Shown one piece after another: positions 42,201 through 51,449 of a stretch of 64,000 bases of DNA. The translations under genes were made by a program, and so were the position numbers. The stretch spans positions 1 to 64,000 of the forward strand of contig CAVUVW010000012.1 in the NCBI GenBank assembly GCA_963745035.1. Direction: 5' to 3'. This stretch comes from an uncultured delta proteobacterium. Its GTDB lineage: Bacteria; Desulfobacterota; Binatia; UBA9968. The stretch's first letter is position 1. Each line of letters starts with the position of its first letter. Under the pieces are notes generated by a model that was not told where the DNA came from, made no database searches, and worked only from the letters and a program-made list of their open reading frames with translations.

Positions 42201-43619
42201 TCACGCCATTTCTCGCAACGCCTTGCGCGCGGCGAAGTAGCCACACATGCCGTGCACGCCGCCGCCCGGCGGCGTCGCCGCCGAGCACAGGTAAAGTCCC
42301 GGCGCCGGAGTCGCATACAGACGGCGGGTCGGGCGAAAAAACAATTGTCCGAGGAGCGGCGCGCCGCCGTTGATATCGCCGCCCACGAGATTGGCGTTGC
42401 GCCGCTCCAGCTCGGCTGGCGGAGAAACGGCGCGGGCGAGAATCGTATCGCGAAACCCGGGAGCAAAGCGGTCGATTTGGCTTTCGATGCGCTCCGTCAT
42501 ATCGAACCTCGAGCCGTTCGGCACATGGCAGTAGGCCCACAGCGTGTGCTTTCCCGCCGGCGCCCGCGATGCGTCGAACAGCGACGGCTGGACCAGTAAT
42601 ACGAACGGTTTATCGGAATGAAAACCGCGCCATGCCAAGCGCTCCGAGCGGGCGATCTCGTCGAGACTTCCCCCCAGATGCACAGTGGCGGCGCGTCGGC
42701 ACTCGCCCGCGCGCCACGGAACGGGGCCGGATAGCGCCCAATCGAGCTTAAAGGCGCCCATGCCGTAGCGATACTTCTTGAGCATGTCGCGGAAGCGCGA
42801 TGGTAATTGCGCGCGGGCGATTTTTAGTAGCTGGCGCGGCGTCACGTCGCAGAGGATGACCCGCGCGCGCGGCAGCTCGGCGAGCGCGCGCACCGGATGA
42901 TGGAGAAAGACCTCGCCGCCCAGAGAGCGAAAATAGGAAGCGAGCGCATCGGCGAGTTTTTGCGCCCCGCCCCGCGCGATCGGCCAACCGAGCGCATGCG
43001 CGGTGGCGCCGAGAACCAGGCCGAACGCGGCCGACGCCCACTCCTCCAGCGGCAGCATCGAGTGCGCCGCCAGACCGGCAAAAAGACATTGTGCCCGAGG
43101 GTTCCCGAAACGCTGTTCGGCGAAGCGCCGTGCCGGCTGGAGCGCCGACCATCCGAAGCGCGCCAGCGCCAGCGGATCTTTCGGCCAGTGCGGCGGCCCC
43201 AGCAGTGTTTCCGAGAGGCTGTCCCATTGCGCCACGAGTGCTCCGAAGAGCGCGCGATAGCGCGCCCCGTCCATGCCCAGGCTCGAAGCGGTCGTCTCTA
43301 CCGAGCGTTCTACCAGCAGCGCCGAGCCGTCGTCGAACGGATGAGCCAGAGCTGCCGGCGGCTCGATCCATTCCAAGCCATGCCGCGCCAGCGGCAACGA
43401 GCGGAAAAAAGGCGAGCCGATGGCAAGCGGATAGACCGCGGAACAAAGGTCGTGCACAAACCCGGGCAGCGTGATTTCCGCCGAGCGTGCGCCGCCGCCG
43501 ATGGTTTCGTTGGCTTCGAAAAGAGCGACCGACTTTCCCGCTTGCGCCATGACGATCGCGGCGGCAAGCCCGTTGGGTCCCGCGCCGACAACCACGGCAT
43601 CGTATTCCCGATTCAACAC
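42201..43619 (-). CDS. Phytoene-dehydrogenase-like FAD oxidoreductase (COG1233 type)
   Basis: VVGAGPNGL, GGGARS, HDLCSAV, TPPGGGVHGMCG. Confidence 0.88.
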   Translation of the reverse strand: MLNREYDAVVVGAGPNGLAAAIVMAQAGKSVALFEANETIGGGARSAEITLPGFVHDLCSAVYPLAIGSPFFRSLPLARHGLEWIEPPAALAHPFDDGSALLVERSVETTASSLGMDGARYRALFGALVAQWDSLSETLLGPPHWPKDPLALARFGWSALQPARRFAEQRFGNPRAQCLFAGLAAHSMLPLEEWASAAFGLVLGATAHALGWPIARGGAQKLADALASYFRSLGGEVFLHHPVRALAELPRARVILCDVTPRQLLKIARAQLPSRFRDMLKKYRYGMGAFKLDWALSGPVPWRAGECRRAATVHLGGSLDEIARSERLAWRGFHSDKPFVLLVQPSLFDASRAPAGKHTLWAYCHVPNGSRFDMTERIESQIDRFAPGFRDTILARAVSPPAELERRNANLVGGDINGGAPLLGQLFFRPTRRLYATPAPGLYLCSAATPPGGGVHGMCGYFAARKALREMA

Positions 43620-43652
43620 TCCACACCGGCAAACAACTCTTCCACGGCTAGC

Positions 43653-43667
43653 GCAACAGTTATACCA
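43653..43667 (-). promoter_or_regulatory. sigma54 promoter candidate
   Basis: Minus strand TGGTAT-AACTG-TTGC, about 35 nt upstream of the CDS. Confidence 0.7.
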
Positions 43668-43671
43668 CTAC

Positions 43672-43895
43672 CAGGTTGCTAGACAGAGCTCTTCGACCAC
43701 CTCTGATACCCGCTGCTTGGAGTTCTCCGTTCCTCGGCCCAAACCCTCGTCTGCTTATGGCGAGCTACGTCGAACCGTTCGAAACATTAAGATGTCTCTC
43801 CGCAAGCAGGCTCGAATGAGATCCGCAGTGATTCAAGTTCTATTTCGCTCCTTCCTAAGCTTTATCGAGCGTGCCGAGAATTTTTCAGCAACCTG
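43672..43895. mobile_element. Degenerate MITE-like element
   Basis: 9-bp terminal inverted repeats CAGGTTGCT/AGCAACCTG enclosing decayed REP-like TCGA motifs. No convincing protein-coding gene. Confidence 0.45.
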
Positions 43896-44111
43896 CTGGA
43901 AATGTCATGCTCCGGCCATTCGGTGCGGAAAGTTACGGCGAGCCAACGTGTCAGCGCTTTGCCTCTCGCCGTCTGCCAACTGTACGGAATCATCCTTCGC
44001 ATTCACTCGATCGTGCTGCCGCGTGAAGGCGAAACCATGTGCTTTTATCCAGCGCCGCCCCTGGCACATTCTTTGGTAGATCTTCAGAGCAAGTAGAAGG
44101 AGGCTGCGATC

Positions 44112-44783
44112 ATGAAGTTGGCAAATCGAGCTTTTTCGTGGGCGCTGGCGATCAGTACGCTGACGCTCGCCGCGTGTGCTCCCATGGATCAGGTGGTGCG
44201 GCCTACGCTGGACCAAGTTCGTTCCGGCAACGCGCGCGGGCAGGCAGTCGAAGACACGCGGCTGCTCCAGGGAGAAATTGCTGGAGAGATCGATCGCATC
44301 GATCGCGGCCGGCGCGAAATCCATGTCGTCGCCGACGACCGCCGTCCTCAGATCCTCGCCTATGAAATCAATCGAACCCGCGTGGTTTACCATGGCTGGG
44401 ACTATTCGGTGGATAATCTCGAGGCCGGCGATCGCATCGCCTTCCGCGCCGCGCCGCGAGACCACGCCTACGTCGAAACCATCCGGGTCCTCGAACCGGT
44501 GCAAGCGCGCTCAGGACCTTCCCTCGCGCGCTCGAGTTCCCCTCGTTCCCGACCCGACGTTGTCGAAGGAATCGTGGAGCGAGTGGATCACGGTCTCGGC
44601 ACTTTCGAAATCATGCCGCGGGGCGGCAGAATGGTAACCGTCTCGGTGCCGTACAATGCCCGGCCGGCGGATGTCGATAGCTTTCGCGGCTTGCGCCGCG
44701 GCGATCAGGTGCGCGTCGAGGGCGAGTTCGTCAATCCGGACAACTTGCAGCTCCTGTCTTTTATCTCGCCGCGCAATCGCTAG
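44112..44783 (+). CDS. Lipoprotein with two OB-fold-like repeats
   Basis: Lipobox LAAC. Repeated G-I-xx-D...L-x-x-GD-x-(I/V) units. Upstream TGGCAC-ATTCT-TTGG at 44062-44076. Confidence 0.7.
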   Translation: MKLANRAFSWALAISTLTLAACAPMDQVVRPTLDQVRSGNARGQAVEDTRLLQGEIAGEIDRIDRGRREIHVVADDRRPQILAYEINRTRVVYHGWDYSVDNLEAGDRIAFRAAPRDHAYVETIRVLEPVQARSGPSLARSSSPRSRPDVVEGIVERVDHGLGTFEIMPRGGRMVTVSVPYNARPADVDSFRGLRRGDQVRVEGEFVNPDNLQLLSFISPRNR

Positions 44784-45004
44784 GCGCGGCGAGATAAGCG
44801 GCTACTCCCCGCGCACAATGAAACCGGAATCCAGGCGACGGGAATTTCGCTTCGCTATCCACGAGAAACATTAACCCCTAGCCGTCAAAGCGGCGGAATA
44901 ATTTTCATTGCAGCGGAACTTGCGCGGAGTGCCGAGCTATGTGCCGTGAGTGATCAGGCTTTCGGTGCTTCGCGGTATCTGCAGTAAGAGAGTGAAGATA
45001 CCCC

Positions 45005-46141
45005 ATGAAACAGACGAGCCTGGTTGTAGCGCTCGCAGTCTTTTCTCTGCTCGGGTGCGACGTCAAGGAAACGCCCAAGGAATCTTCGCCTCCGCCGCCC
45101 GCGCCCGCAAAAACGGCGGACCGAGACGGGCGCTCGCCGGCGGTGGCTTCCTATGCCGATGCGGTGGAGCGCGTCGGCGCCGGCGTGGTCACCATTCGCG
45201 CCGCGCGGCGCACCCGCGCGCCGCGCCAGCACCCGTTTTTCAACAATCCGGCGTTGCGCGATTTTTTCGGCGGCGCGCAATCGCGCGGGCCGTCGGTGCA
45301 GATGGGCTTGGGTTCCGGCGTGGTCGTAAAAACCGACGGTACGATCCTCACCAACCATCACGTGGTCGACGGCGCGGAAGCGATCAAAGTCGAGCTTCAA
45401 AACAATCGCGCCTACGACGCCAAGGTGATCGGCTCGGATCCGCCGAGCGACCTCGCGGTGCTGAAAATCGACGCCAAGGAATTATCGGCTCTGAATCTCG
45501 CCGATTCCGACCGGGTGCGAGTCGGCGACGTCGTCCTCGCGATCGGCAATCCGCTCGGCATCGGCCAAACTGTCACGGCCGGCATCATCAGCGCTAAAGG
45601 CCGATCGACCGGCCTCAGCGACGGCAGCTTCGAAGATTTTTTGCAGACTGACGCACCCATCAACCAGGGCAATTCGGGCGGCGCGCTGGTCAACACCGAA
45701 GGCGAGCTGGTGGGCATCAATTCACAAATCCTCTCCACCTCCGGCGGCAGCATCGGCATCGGCTTTGCCGTGCCCTCGAATATGGCGCGCACAGTCTTGG
45801 ACCAACTGATCGCGACCGGCAAGGTGCGCCGCGGCCAGTTGGGAGTAGCGATTCAGCCCGTGACGCCGGAGCAGGCGGCCGACTTGGGTCTCAAAGAACC
45901 CAAGGGCGTAGTCATTGCTTCGCTGGCGCCGCAAGGCCCGGCGGCGCGCGCCGGTCTGCGCCCGGGCGACGTGATCGTCGGATTTCAAGGAGAAGCGGTG
46001 ACCGATGGCAACACGTTGCGCAATCGCATTGCGAGCACGCCGCCGGGCACGGCGGTAAAACTCACAATCCTGCGCGACCGCCAGGAGCGGCAGATCGACG
46101 TCACCTTGGGTGAATACGAGCCTCAGAAGCGCGCCGGTTAG
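45005..46141 (+). CDS. HtrA/DegQ serine protease lipoprotein, single PDZ
   Basis: GLGSG, ILTNHHV, SDLAV, QTDAPINQGNSGG, one PDZ domain, lipobox LLGC. Confidence 0.93.
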   Translation: MKQTSLVVALAVFSLLGCDVKETPKESSPPPPAPAKTADRDGRSPAVASYADAVERVGAGVVTIRAARRTRAPRQHPFFNNPALRDFFGGAQSRGPSVQMGLGSGVVVKTDGTILTNHHVVDGAEAIKVELQNNRAYDAKVIGSDPPSDLAVLKIDAKELSALNLADSDRVRVGDVVLAIGNPLGIGQTVTAGIISAKGRSTGLSDGSFEDFLQTDAPINQGNSGGALVNTEGELVGINSQILSTSGGSIGIGFAVPSNMARTVLDQLIATGKVRRGQLGVAIQPVTPEQAADLGLKEPKGVVIASLAPQGPAARAGLRPGDVIVGFQGEAVTDGNTLRNRIASTPPGTAVKLTILRDRQERQIDVTLGEYEPQKRAG

Positions 46142-46206
46142 TGCGCAGTCGTAGAAGCGACGAGGGATGTCAAAACCATCCAGAGAAGAGACTTAACCCG
46201 CAGCGC

Positions 46207-46923
46207 TTAAAGATACTTGCGCCCTTCCACTGGGTCGGGAACGATCAAGCCCATCTTCTGAATCAGTGGATCCACTTCTTTCTTGAACTCCCAGCGCGCT
46301 TGCGTGTTGCTGCGCCGTTTAAGGCCCCAGTGAACGTAGCGGTTGGAGCGCTCGGAATCGGATCGACCGAACATGTCCAGCGCCTGAATGTACCAAAAGT
46401 CGACGCTCCGCTGGATGCGCTCGCGCTGCTCGTCGCCTTGGTCAGCCCACTCGGCGGTTTGATTGGTGCCGAAACCGATGTGCGCCATTTCCTCTTTGAG
46501 GATCTCCGGCAGCACTCGTTGGAGCGGCAAATAGCTGCAATCAAGAAACTCCTCGAGTTGGAAGCGCCCAACCCGGTCGATCAAAAAGCCGAACACGGCG
46601 AAATCCTCCCATGTCTCGATCACTCCCCGGAAAGCTTCGAGATAGCGTTTCTGATTCGGAATACTCAGCAAGAACGAAGTATCGACTCCGAGATCTCCGG
46701 CAATGCGGGCAAATTTTCTATAGTGGTCCATTTCTTCCGCCGCCGTGCGCGCCACCACGAGCTGGTTCACTTTGCCCGGAGCGCCGGGCAGCATATCTTT
46801 CACGTAGAGATGTGGGCCGCCAATTTCGCAATCCGCTTGAATGGTGAGAACGCGGCCCAAGAGATCGCGGTATTCAGCGGGCAACTTCGCTAAATCCTTG
46901 TGCTCGACTTTGTCTTCAAACAT
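46207..46923 (-). CDS. PaaA/PaaC-like ferritin-fold di-iron protein (orphan)
   Basis: QADCE, EEMDH, DRVG, EEMAHIGFG, ALDMFG, WGLKRRSN. Confidence 0.8.
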   Translation of the reverse strand: MFEDKVEHKDLAKLPAEYRDLLGRVLTIQADCEIGGPHLYVKDMLPGAPGKVNQLVVARTAAEEMDHYRKFARIAGDLGVDTSFLLSIPNQKRYLEAFRGVIETWEDFAVFGFLIDRVGRFQLEEFLDCSYLPLQRVLPEILKEEMAHIGFGTNQTAEWADQGDEQRERIQRSVDFWYIQALDMFGRSDSERSNRYVHWGLKRRSNTQARWEFKKEVDPLIQKMGLIVPDPVEGRKYL

Positions 46924-47025
46924 GTTTGTTTTCTCCTTCAGAGAGATATTGCACGGCGGGGTGCAACCGCTTGTGCAAGCGGCTGGGTGACCGATTCGAA
47001 GTGCCTGCTACTAGTATTTGTGACA

Positions 47026-47040
47026 GCAAGCGCCGGGCCA
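47026..47040 (-). promoter_or_regulatory. sigma54 promoter candidate
   Basis: Minus strand TGGCCC-GGCGC-TTGC. Confidence 0.45.
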
Positions 47041-47219
47041 TGCCAACGCGGTCACGTCAAGCGTGATCTCGCGAAGCGATCAACTGTCACGCTCGCGCGA
47101 CAGTAGCCGTCGAACAGTGCTGGATCTGCGACACCTTGCGAATTGGATCTGCCATGACTGGCGCCGCTTAGCGTGTTGATGAATTACTTCCGGGCCGCTG
47201 GCAAAAGCTGTCGCTCTGC

Positions 47220-47234
47220 TGGCACATGCTTTGC
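47220..47234 (+). promoter_or_regulatory. sigma54 promoter candidate
   Basis: TGGCAC-ATGCT-TTGC. Confidence 0.72.
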
Positions 47235-47356
47235 GGATATCATGATTGTTCCCAGCACCTATTGCGGCATGATGGCATATTTTATTTAATGCCCGGCGTG
47301 CGAACGTAGCGGGCTTTAATTTCAGTACTAAATCACAGACATTGAAGGAGGAATAT

Positions 47357-47647
47357 ATGGCGAAACGGAAGAGATTTACGCTGGAATTCAAGCGCGAAGC
47401 GGTGCGGACGATGGCAAGCTCCGACAAGTCGCCGGCCGATATCGCTCGGCAATTGGGTATTCATCGAAACCAGCTTTATAAATGGAAGGAGCAATTCGGG
47501 AACGGCGCAAGCCAAGTCGGCGGAGCCAAAGGACGCAACGGCACCGACGAGATCTCACGGCTGCGGCGTGAACTCGAGCTGGTCAAGGAGGAGCGCGATG
47601 TTTTGAAAAAGGCGATGGTATATTTTGCCCGGGAAGTTCACTCCTAA
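47357..47647 (+). CDS. Solo IS3-family OrfA (HTH + leucine zipper), no OrfB
   Basis: RKRFTLEFKREAV...IARQLGI...LYKWK...EISRLRRELELVKEERDVLKKAMVYFA. RBS GAAGGAGG. Confidence 0.85.
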   Translation: MAKRKRFTLEFKREAVRTMASSDKSPADIARQLGIHRNQLYKWKEQFGNGASQVGGAKGRNGTDEISRLRRELELVKEERDVLKKAMVYFAREVHS

Positions 47648-47674
47648 ATTGCACTGGTGACACGCGGAGAAGTC

Positions 47675-48091
47675 ATGCGCCGAAGCCAATCTTGGCTGCT
47701 CGTCGCGCTGGTGGCGCTGACGGTTCCGATCAGCGCCACCGCGGCTCGAGCGCAAACGGTTTTGGATTCAGCGGAAGCCGCCAGGACCGTAGCCATCGAG
47801 AGCTTGCATGCCACCTCTTCCGCTGTGAGCGGCGTGGTGGCCAATCGCTCGCCGCACATCGTCCGTGACGTCGAGATCCTCGTGCAGTATCACTGGCTCT
47901 GGGAGAACGAATTCAAGCCGGGGCAAGACTCGCCGGGCCAAATAGCGCTCGTGCGCATACCAGACGAGCTCAAGCCGGGCCAGTCGGCTCGGTTTCATCA
48001 TACGCTCACGCCGGCCACCCGCCGCGAAGACGGGCGATTCGTACCCGAGGTGACGGTCGCCGCCTTCACGGTGGTGGTTCCGGCGCGATAG
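47675..48091 (+). CDS. Secreted hypothetical protein (Ig-like beta-sandwich candidate)
   Basis: Signal peptide (ARA-Q), VSGVVANRS...VRDVEILV...LKPGQSARF. Confidence 0.65.
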   Translation: MRRSQSWLLVALVALTVPISATAARAQTVLDSAEAARTVAIESLHATSSAVSGVVANRSPHIVRDVEILVQYHWLWENEFKPGQDSPGQIALVRIPDELKPGQSARFHHTLTPATRREDGRFVPEVTVAAFTVVVPAR

Positions 48092-48105
48092 AGCGTATTT
48101 GCCGC

Positions 48106-48726
48106 TTACGCAACCGCGCGTACCGCGGCGGCGGTACTGAGCCGGCGTTGCACCGCGTCCCAATCGATGTTGGCGAAAAACGCTTCGATGTATTTCCCCC
48201 GCTCGGCCGGTTTATAGTCGAGCAAGAACGCGTGCTCCCACACGTCCATCACCAGGATGGGCTTGAAACCCGACGGCACGCCGTCCTGGTGCAGCGCGAT
48301 CCAGTGATTGGAGAGCTGCTCGGTCACCGGGTCCTGATAGAGAATCGCCCAGCCGACGCCGCGCATTTCACCGACGGCGGAAAACGCTTTCTGCCAGTTC
48401 TCGAAGCTCTCGAAACATTTCTCGATGACGCGCTTGAGATCCCGCGACGGGCTGCCGTTTCCCTTCGGCGCCAGGTTCTCGAAGTAGTATTCGTGCAGCA
48501 CCATGCCGCCAAACTCGAAGCCCAAGCGCCGGGTGAGCTCGGCATACGCCGGATCTTGCCCCGACGGCTGCTTTTTGTGGGTGATCGCCCCGATTTGCTC
48601 CAACAGTAAGTTGACGTTCTTGACATAGCCTTCGTAGAGGCCGAAGTGCATTTTTAACGTCTCATCAGAAATGCCTTTCAAGCCACTGAGGTTAAATTTT
48701 TTGGCTTTATAGCTCCCTTGCGCCAT
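48106..48726 (-). CDS. Fe/Mn superoxide dismutase
   Basis: MHFGLYEGYV, LHEYYF, GVGWA, DVWEHAF metal ligands. Confidence 0.9.
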   Translation of the reverse strand: MAQGSYKAKKFNLSGLKGISDETLKMHFGLYEGYVKNVNLLLEQIGAITHKKQPSGQDPAYAELTRRLGFEFGGMVLHEYYFENLAPKGNGSPSRDLKRVIEKCFESFENWQKAFSAVGEMRGVGWAILYQDPVTEQLSNHWIALHQDGVPSGFKPILVMDVWEHAFLLDYKPAERGKYIEAFFANIDWDAVQRRLSTAAAVRAVA

Positions 48727-48764
48727 TGTGAGTCTCCCTTCGTTTTTTGCTAAGCCAATACTGT

Positions 48765-48779
48765 GCAATCTCAATACCA
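48765..48779 (-). promoter_or_regulatory. sigma54 promoter candidate (SOD)
   Basis: Minus strand TGGTAT-TGAGA-TTGC(A). Confidence 0.72.
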
Positions 48780-48888
48780 GGCAGGTACGCCTAGAATTTG
48801 GCGCGCCGAAATCATGCCATTGGTAGAGGACAGATTAGAACAGATTAGAACTGTCTCCCGCTTGCGTTCGGAGTCGTCTTAAAGCTCC

Positions 48889-48903
48889 TGGCACATCGGT
48901 TGC
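48889..48903 (+). promoter_or_regulatory. sigma54 promoter candidate (PsiE-like gene)
   Basis: TGGCAC-ATCGG-TTGC. Confidence 0.75.
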
Positions 48904-48962
48904 GTTTCACTTCTGCGCGTTGCGCGGTTAGCGGCTCCATCGCTCCGCCCCGGAGAAAGGCC

Positions 48963-49445
48963 ATCGCTTCCAAAGTCTCACTGCGTGACTGGCTGTCCAC
49001 GTTTTTCGATCTCGTCGAAGACGTTATCTATGTCGGCCTCGGCTTCCTGCTCGCCGCCGTCGCCGTGGCGCTCCTCGTCGCGGAGTTCGCGTTCTTCGCT
49101 CAGTATCTCTTTGGCGGAGTTCTCTCCGAAAACATCGTGATGTTGCTCGACCGGATCCTGCTGATTATTATTTTCGCGGAGGTTCTCTACACGGTCCAGG
49201 TTTCATTCCGCCAGCGCATCTTGCAACCCGGCCCATTCCTGGTGGTGAGCTTGATCGCGGTCACACGGCGCATTCTGGTGCTCACCGCCGAGCTGCCGAA
49301 GATGGTCAAGGAGAGCGGACAGTTATTCTACAATGCCATGATCGAGCTCGGACTGCTGACGATTCTGATCCTGGTTCTGGTCATCTCGCTTTACTATTTG
49401 CGGCCGGGCGATCCCAACTCCGCCGCGGAAGTGAAGAAGAATTAA
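48963..49445 (+). CDS. PsiE-family membrane protein (start uncertain)
   Basis: LLDRILLIIIFAEVLYTV, PFLVVSLIAVTRRILV. Confidence 0.8.
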   Translation: MASKVSLRDWLSTFFDLVEDVIYVGLGFLLAAVAVALLVAEFAFFAQYLFGGVLSENIVMLLDRILLIIIFAEVLYTVQVSFRQRILQPGPFLVVSLIAVTRRILVLTAELPKMVKESGQLFYNAMIELGLLTILILVLVISLYYLRPGDPNSAAEVKKN

Positions 49446-49580
49446 TCGCTGGCTCCTGCCCAACACGCTCTCGACCTCCGGTCGCACATACTCGCGAAAA
49501 GCGAGAACAAACCTGGTCCGCGGGGAATGACAAATCAGCGCAAGCGCACGGTACGAAAACCTTCGCGCGCTTTGGGGACG

Positions 49581-49754
49581 TCAGTGCTTCAAAATCACGT
49601 ACAAGGCATGCACGATGCCGGGGACATAACCGAGCAGCGTGAGAACGATATTCAACCAGAAATGACCGGTCAGGCCGACTTCGAGGAAAGTGCCGACAGG
49701 AGGCAAGAGAACGGCGAAAATGATTTTGATCGGATCAGTGGCGGTGACGGCCAT
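49581..49754 (-). CDS. YqaE/Pmp3 family membrane protein
   Basis: IIFAVLLPPVG...FWLNIVLTLLGYVPGIVHALYV. Confidence 0.92.
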   Translation of the reverse strand: MAVTATDPIKIIFAVLLPPVGTFLEVGLTGHFWLNIVLTLLGYVPGIVHALYVILKH

Positions 49755-49831
49755 ACTCCAACTCTCCGCGACGATCGGCAGCCCTGAGGCTGCCGTCATC
49801 GCAGCCATTTTTCTTTTTACTGAAAGTCCGT

Positions 49832-49870
49832 GACGTGGTGAGCAGCGACAGGATCGCCGCTCACCACGTC
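49832..49870. terminator. Strong intergenic hairpin (terminator or mRNA stabiliser)
   Basis: GACGTGGTGAGCAGCGA-CAGGA-TCGCCGCTCACCACGTC. No clear U-tract. Confidence 0.5.
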
Positions 49871-49886
49871 GGTGCGGTCGGCTGCG

Positions 49887-50357
49887 CTAAAGCAGCGTGT
49901 TCCAAGCTAACAAACCCAGGCCGGTAAGTTCCACGAGCACGCCCATCGGACTGGTGGCAAACTTCCAAGCCAGGATCAGCGGCATGGACTTTTTGATCGC
50001 TTCGAAGGGAATCAGCTTTTCCATGCCCCAGCGCGCGATCAAGAAGCGCTCTTGGCCGAGCACGCCGACGGCGATCGGGTCTTTTTCAATCTGGTTCTTG
50101 CGCCAGATCTCGACCTTGTCGAAATGCCTGGTGGCCTTCTGCACTTCGACCGCCACCTGGAGCGGTATGCCTTCATCCAACGATGTCGCGCTGAGCTTGG
50201 ATGCGGCGATTTTATCCAAGTTATGCGAGCGGACCGGGAGAAATGTGGTCCAGACGCGCCAGTCTTCAGCGGAGATGCGCGGATACGGGACCGGCGTGGC
50301 TTCGCCTCCCGCCATGATCGATTCGGCGTTCTCACGGCGATAATTCTCTACGAACAT
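49887..50357 (-). CDS. Hypothetical protein with C-terminal membrane anchor
   Basis: 156 aa ORF, RBS AAGGAGG, DPIAVG...FLIARWG motif. Confidence 0.7.
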   Translation of the reverse strand: MFVENYRRENAESIMAGGEATPVPYPRISAEDWRVWTTFLPVRSHNLDKIAASKLSATSLDEGIPLQVAVEVQKATRHFDKVEIWRKNQIEKDPIAVGVLGQERFLIARWGMEKLIPFEAIKKSMPLILAWKFATSPMGVLVELTGLGLLAWNTLL

Positions 50358-50463
50358 AGTTGGTCCTCCTTTTTCGTATTTTCAAACCAGTGGAACTGAA
50401 GCTCCTTGCGTTGTTCTCGAACAGCGCTTCTCTTGGCCCGACACTACGCGCCGCCGTCGCGGG

Positions 50464-51006
50464 CTACTTCTTCGAGCCCTCCACCGCCGCGCACGCGATG
50501 CGATCTCCGGAATCGCCCGCCGGATCGCTCCTGTAGTCGTCGGCTCCTTGGTGAATCACGAGCGCAAAGCCGTCGGCGTCGATGAGGCTCGTCTTGCCGC
50601 CCGACAGACTCAGTTGAGGGATCACCATCTCGACGGTCAATGGGCTGTTTTCCGGCACGTGAATATTCGGCAGATCGCCCACGTGGGCGCCCTGCTTGTC
50701 GAGAAAGCCGTGCTTTTTCTTCGTGGGGTTCCAGTGCGCGCCGGCGGATTTGAAAGGCGGCGCGCATTCGCCGACCTCGTGGATGTGAAAGGCGTGAGCG
50801 CCGGCCGCGATCTTTGCCGGGTGGCGCTGAAGCTGAAGACGAATCAACACGCCGCTCGAGCTTTCGGTTACGGTCGCTTCACCGATCTCTTGGCCGTCGC
50901 TGTTGATTATTTTTGTTTTCTTGCCGCCGAACTCTGCCGCAAAGTTTGCATCCGGCGTGGCTGCGAGCGCCCAGACTGCCATCATCGCCATGATGAAACC
51001 GCGCAT
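50464..51006 (-). CDS. sodC: Cu/Zn superoxide dismutase (periplasmic)
   Basis: Signal peptide, HAFHIH, SAGAHWNP, HG, HVGDLPN, VIHQGADD, GDSGDRIAC. Confidence 0.92.
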   Translation of the reverse strand: MRGFIMAMMAVWALAATPDANFAAEFGGKKTKIINSDGQEIGEATVTESSSGVLIRLQLQRHPAKIAAGAHAFHIHEVGECAPPFKSAGAHWNPTKKKHGFLDKQGAHVGDLPNIHVPENSPLTVEMVIPQLSLSGGKTSLIDADGFALVIHQGADDYRSDPAGDSGDRIACAAVEGSKK

Positions 51007-51051
51007 GCAGCACTCTCCGTCGTTCTGGCCTCAGATCACTGCAATTAAGTC

Positions 51052-51066
51052 GCAACTTACATGCCC
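51052..51066 (-). promoter_or_regulatory. sigma54 promoter candidate (sodC)
   Basis: Minus strand GGGCAT-GTAAG-TTGC. Confidence 0.65.
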
Positions 51067-51379
51067 GATTGGCTGCCTGGGTCGAACGGCGCAGCCGCTG
51101 TTTCTGTGCCAGACGCGCAACAAGCATCCCGCCTACAATCTCACTTGTGGGATGCGCTAATCCGCTGTCTGCTTGCGCGCAAAGGACGTCTTCTGGCGCG
51201 GATAAACGCGAGCCTGCAGCCAGGCGCGCGTTTATTGACCCCCGTGGATTATTGACTACGCAAGCGACTCGCATGCCTCGAACGCACGCCCCCGTTGCCG
51301 CTGGCTCGCAACTTGCTCACTTACACGCCTGAGCTTTGCGCGCATCATTATGTTTTTTCATCACTTTTGGCTGCTTTCC

Positions 51380-51408
51380 TTGACAACTCCTAGTTCGATT
51401 CCTAACTT
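51380..51408 (+). promoter_or_regulatory. sigma70-type promoter candidate for hsp20-lon
   Basis: TTGACA-17nt-TAACTT. A sigma54-like TGGCTC-GCAAC-TTGCT also lies at 51302-51317. Confidence 0.5.
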
Positions 51409-51449
51409 CTAAGAGTGCCAAATTCTATTTTGACGAATTGAGGACCTCC

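Noticed and set aside
20792-46923. Phenylacetate catabolic pathway from the PaaK-like and PaaA-like genes
   Set aside because: The genes are about 24 kb apart, the ligase sits among glycosyltransferases (CapK-like), and no other paa genes are present.
51413-51421. CIRCE/HrcA operator upstream of hsp20-lon
   Set aside because: Only the right half (GAGTGCCAA) is present. There is no matching left arm at 9-nt spacing.
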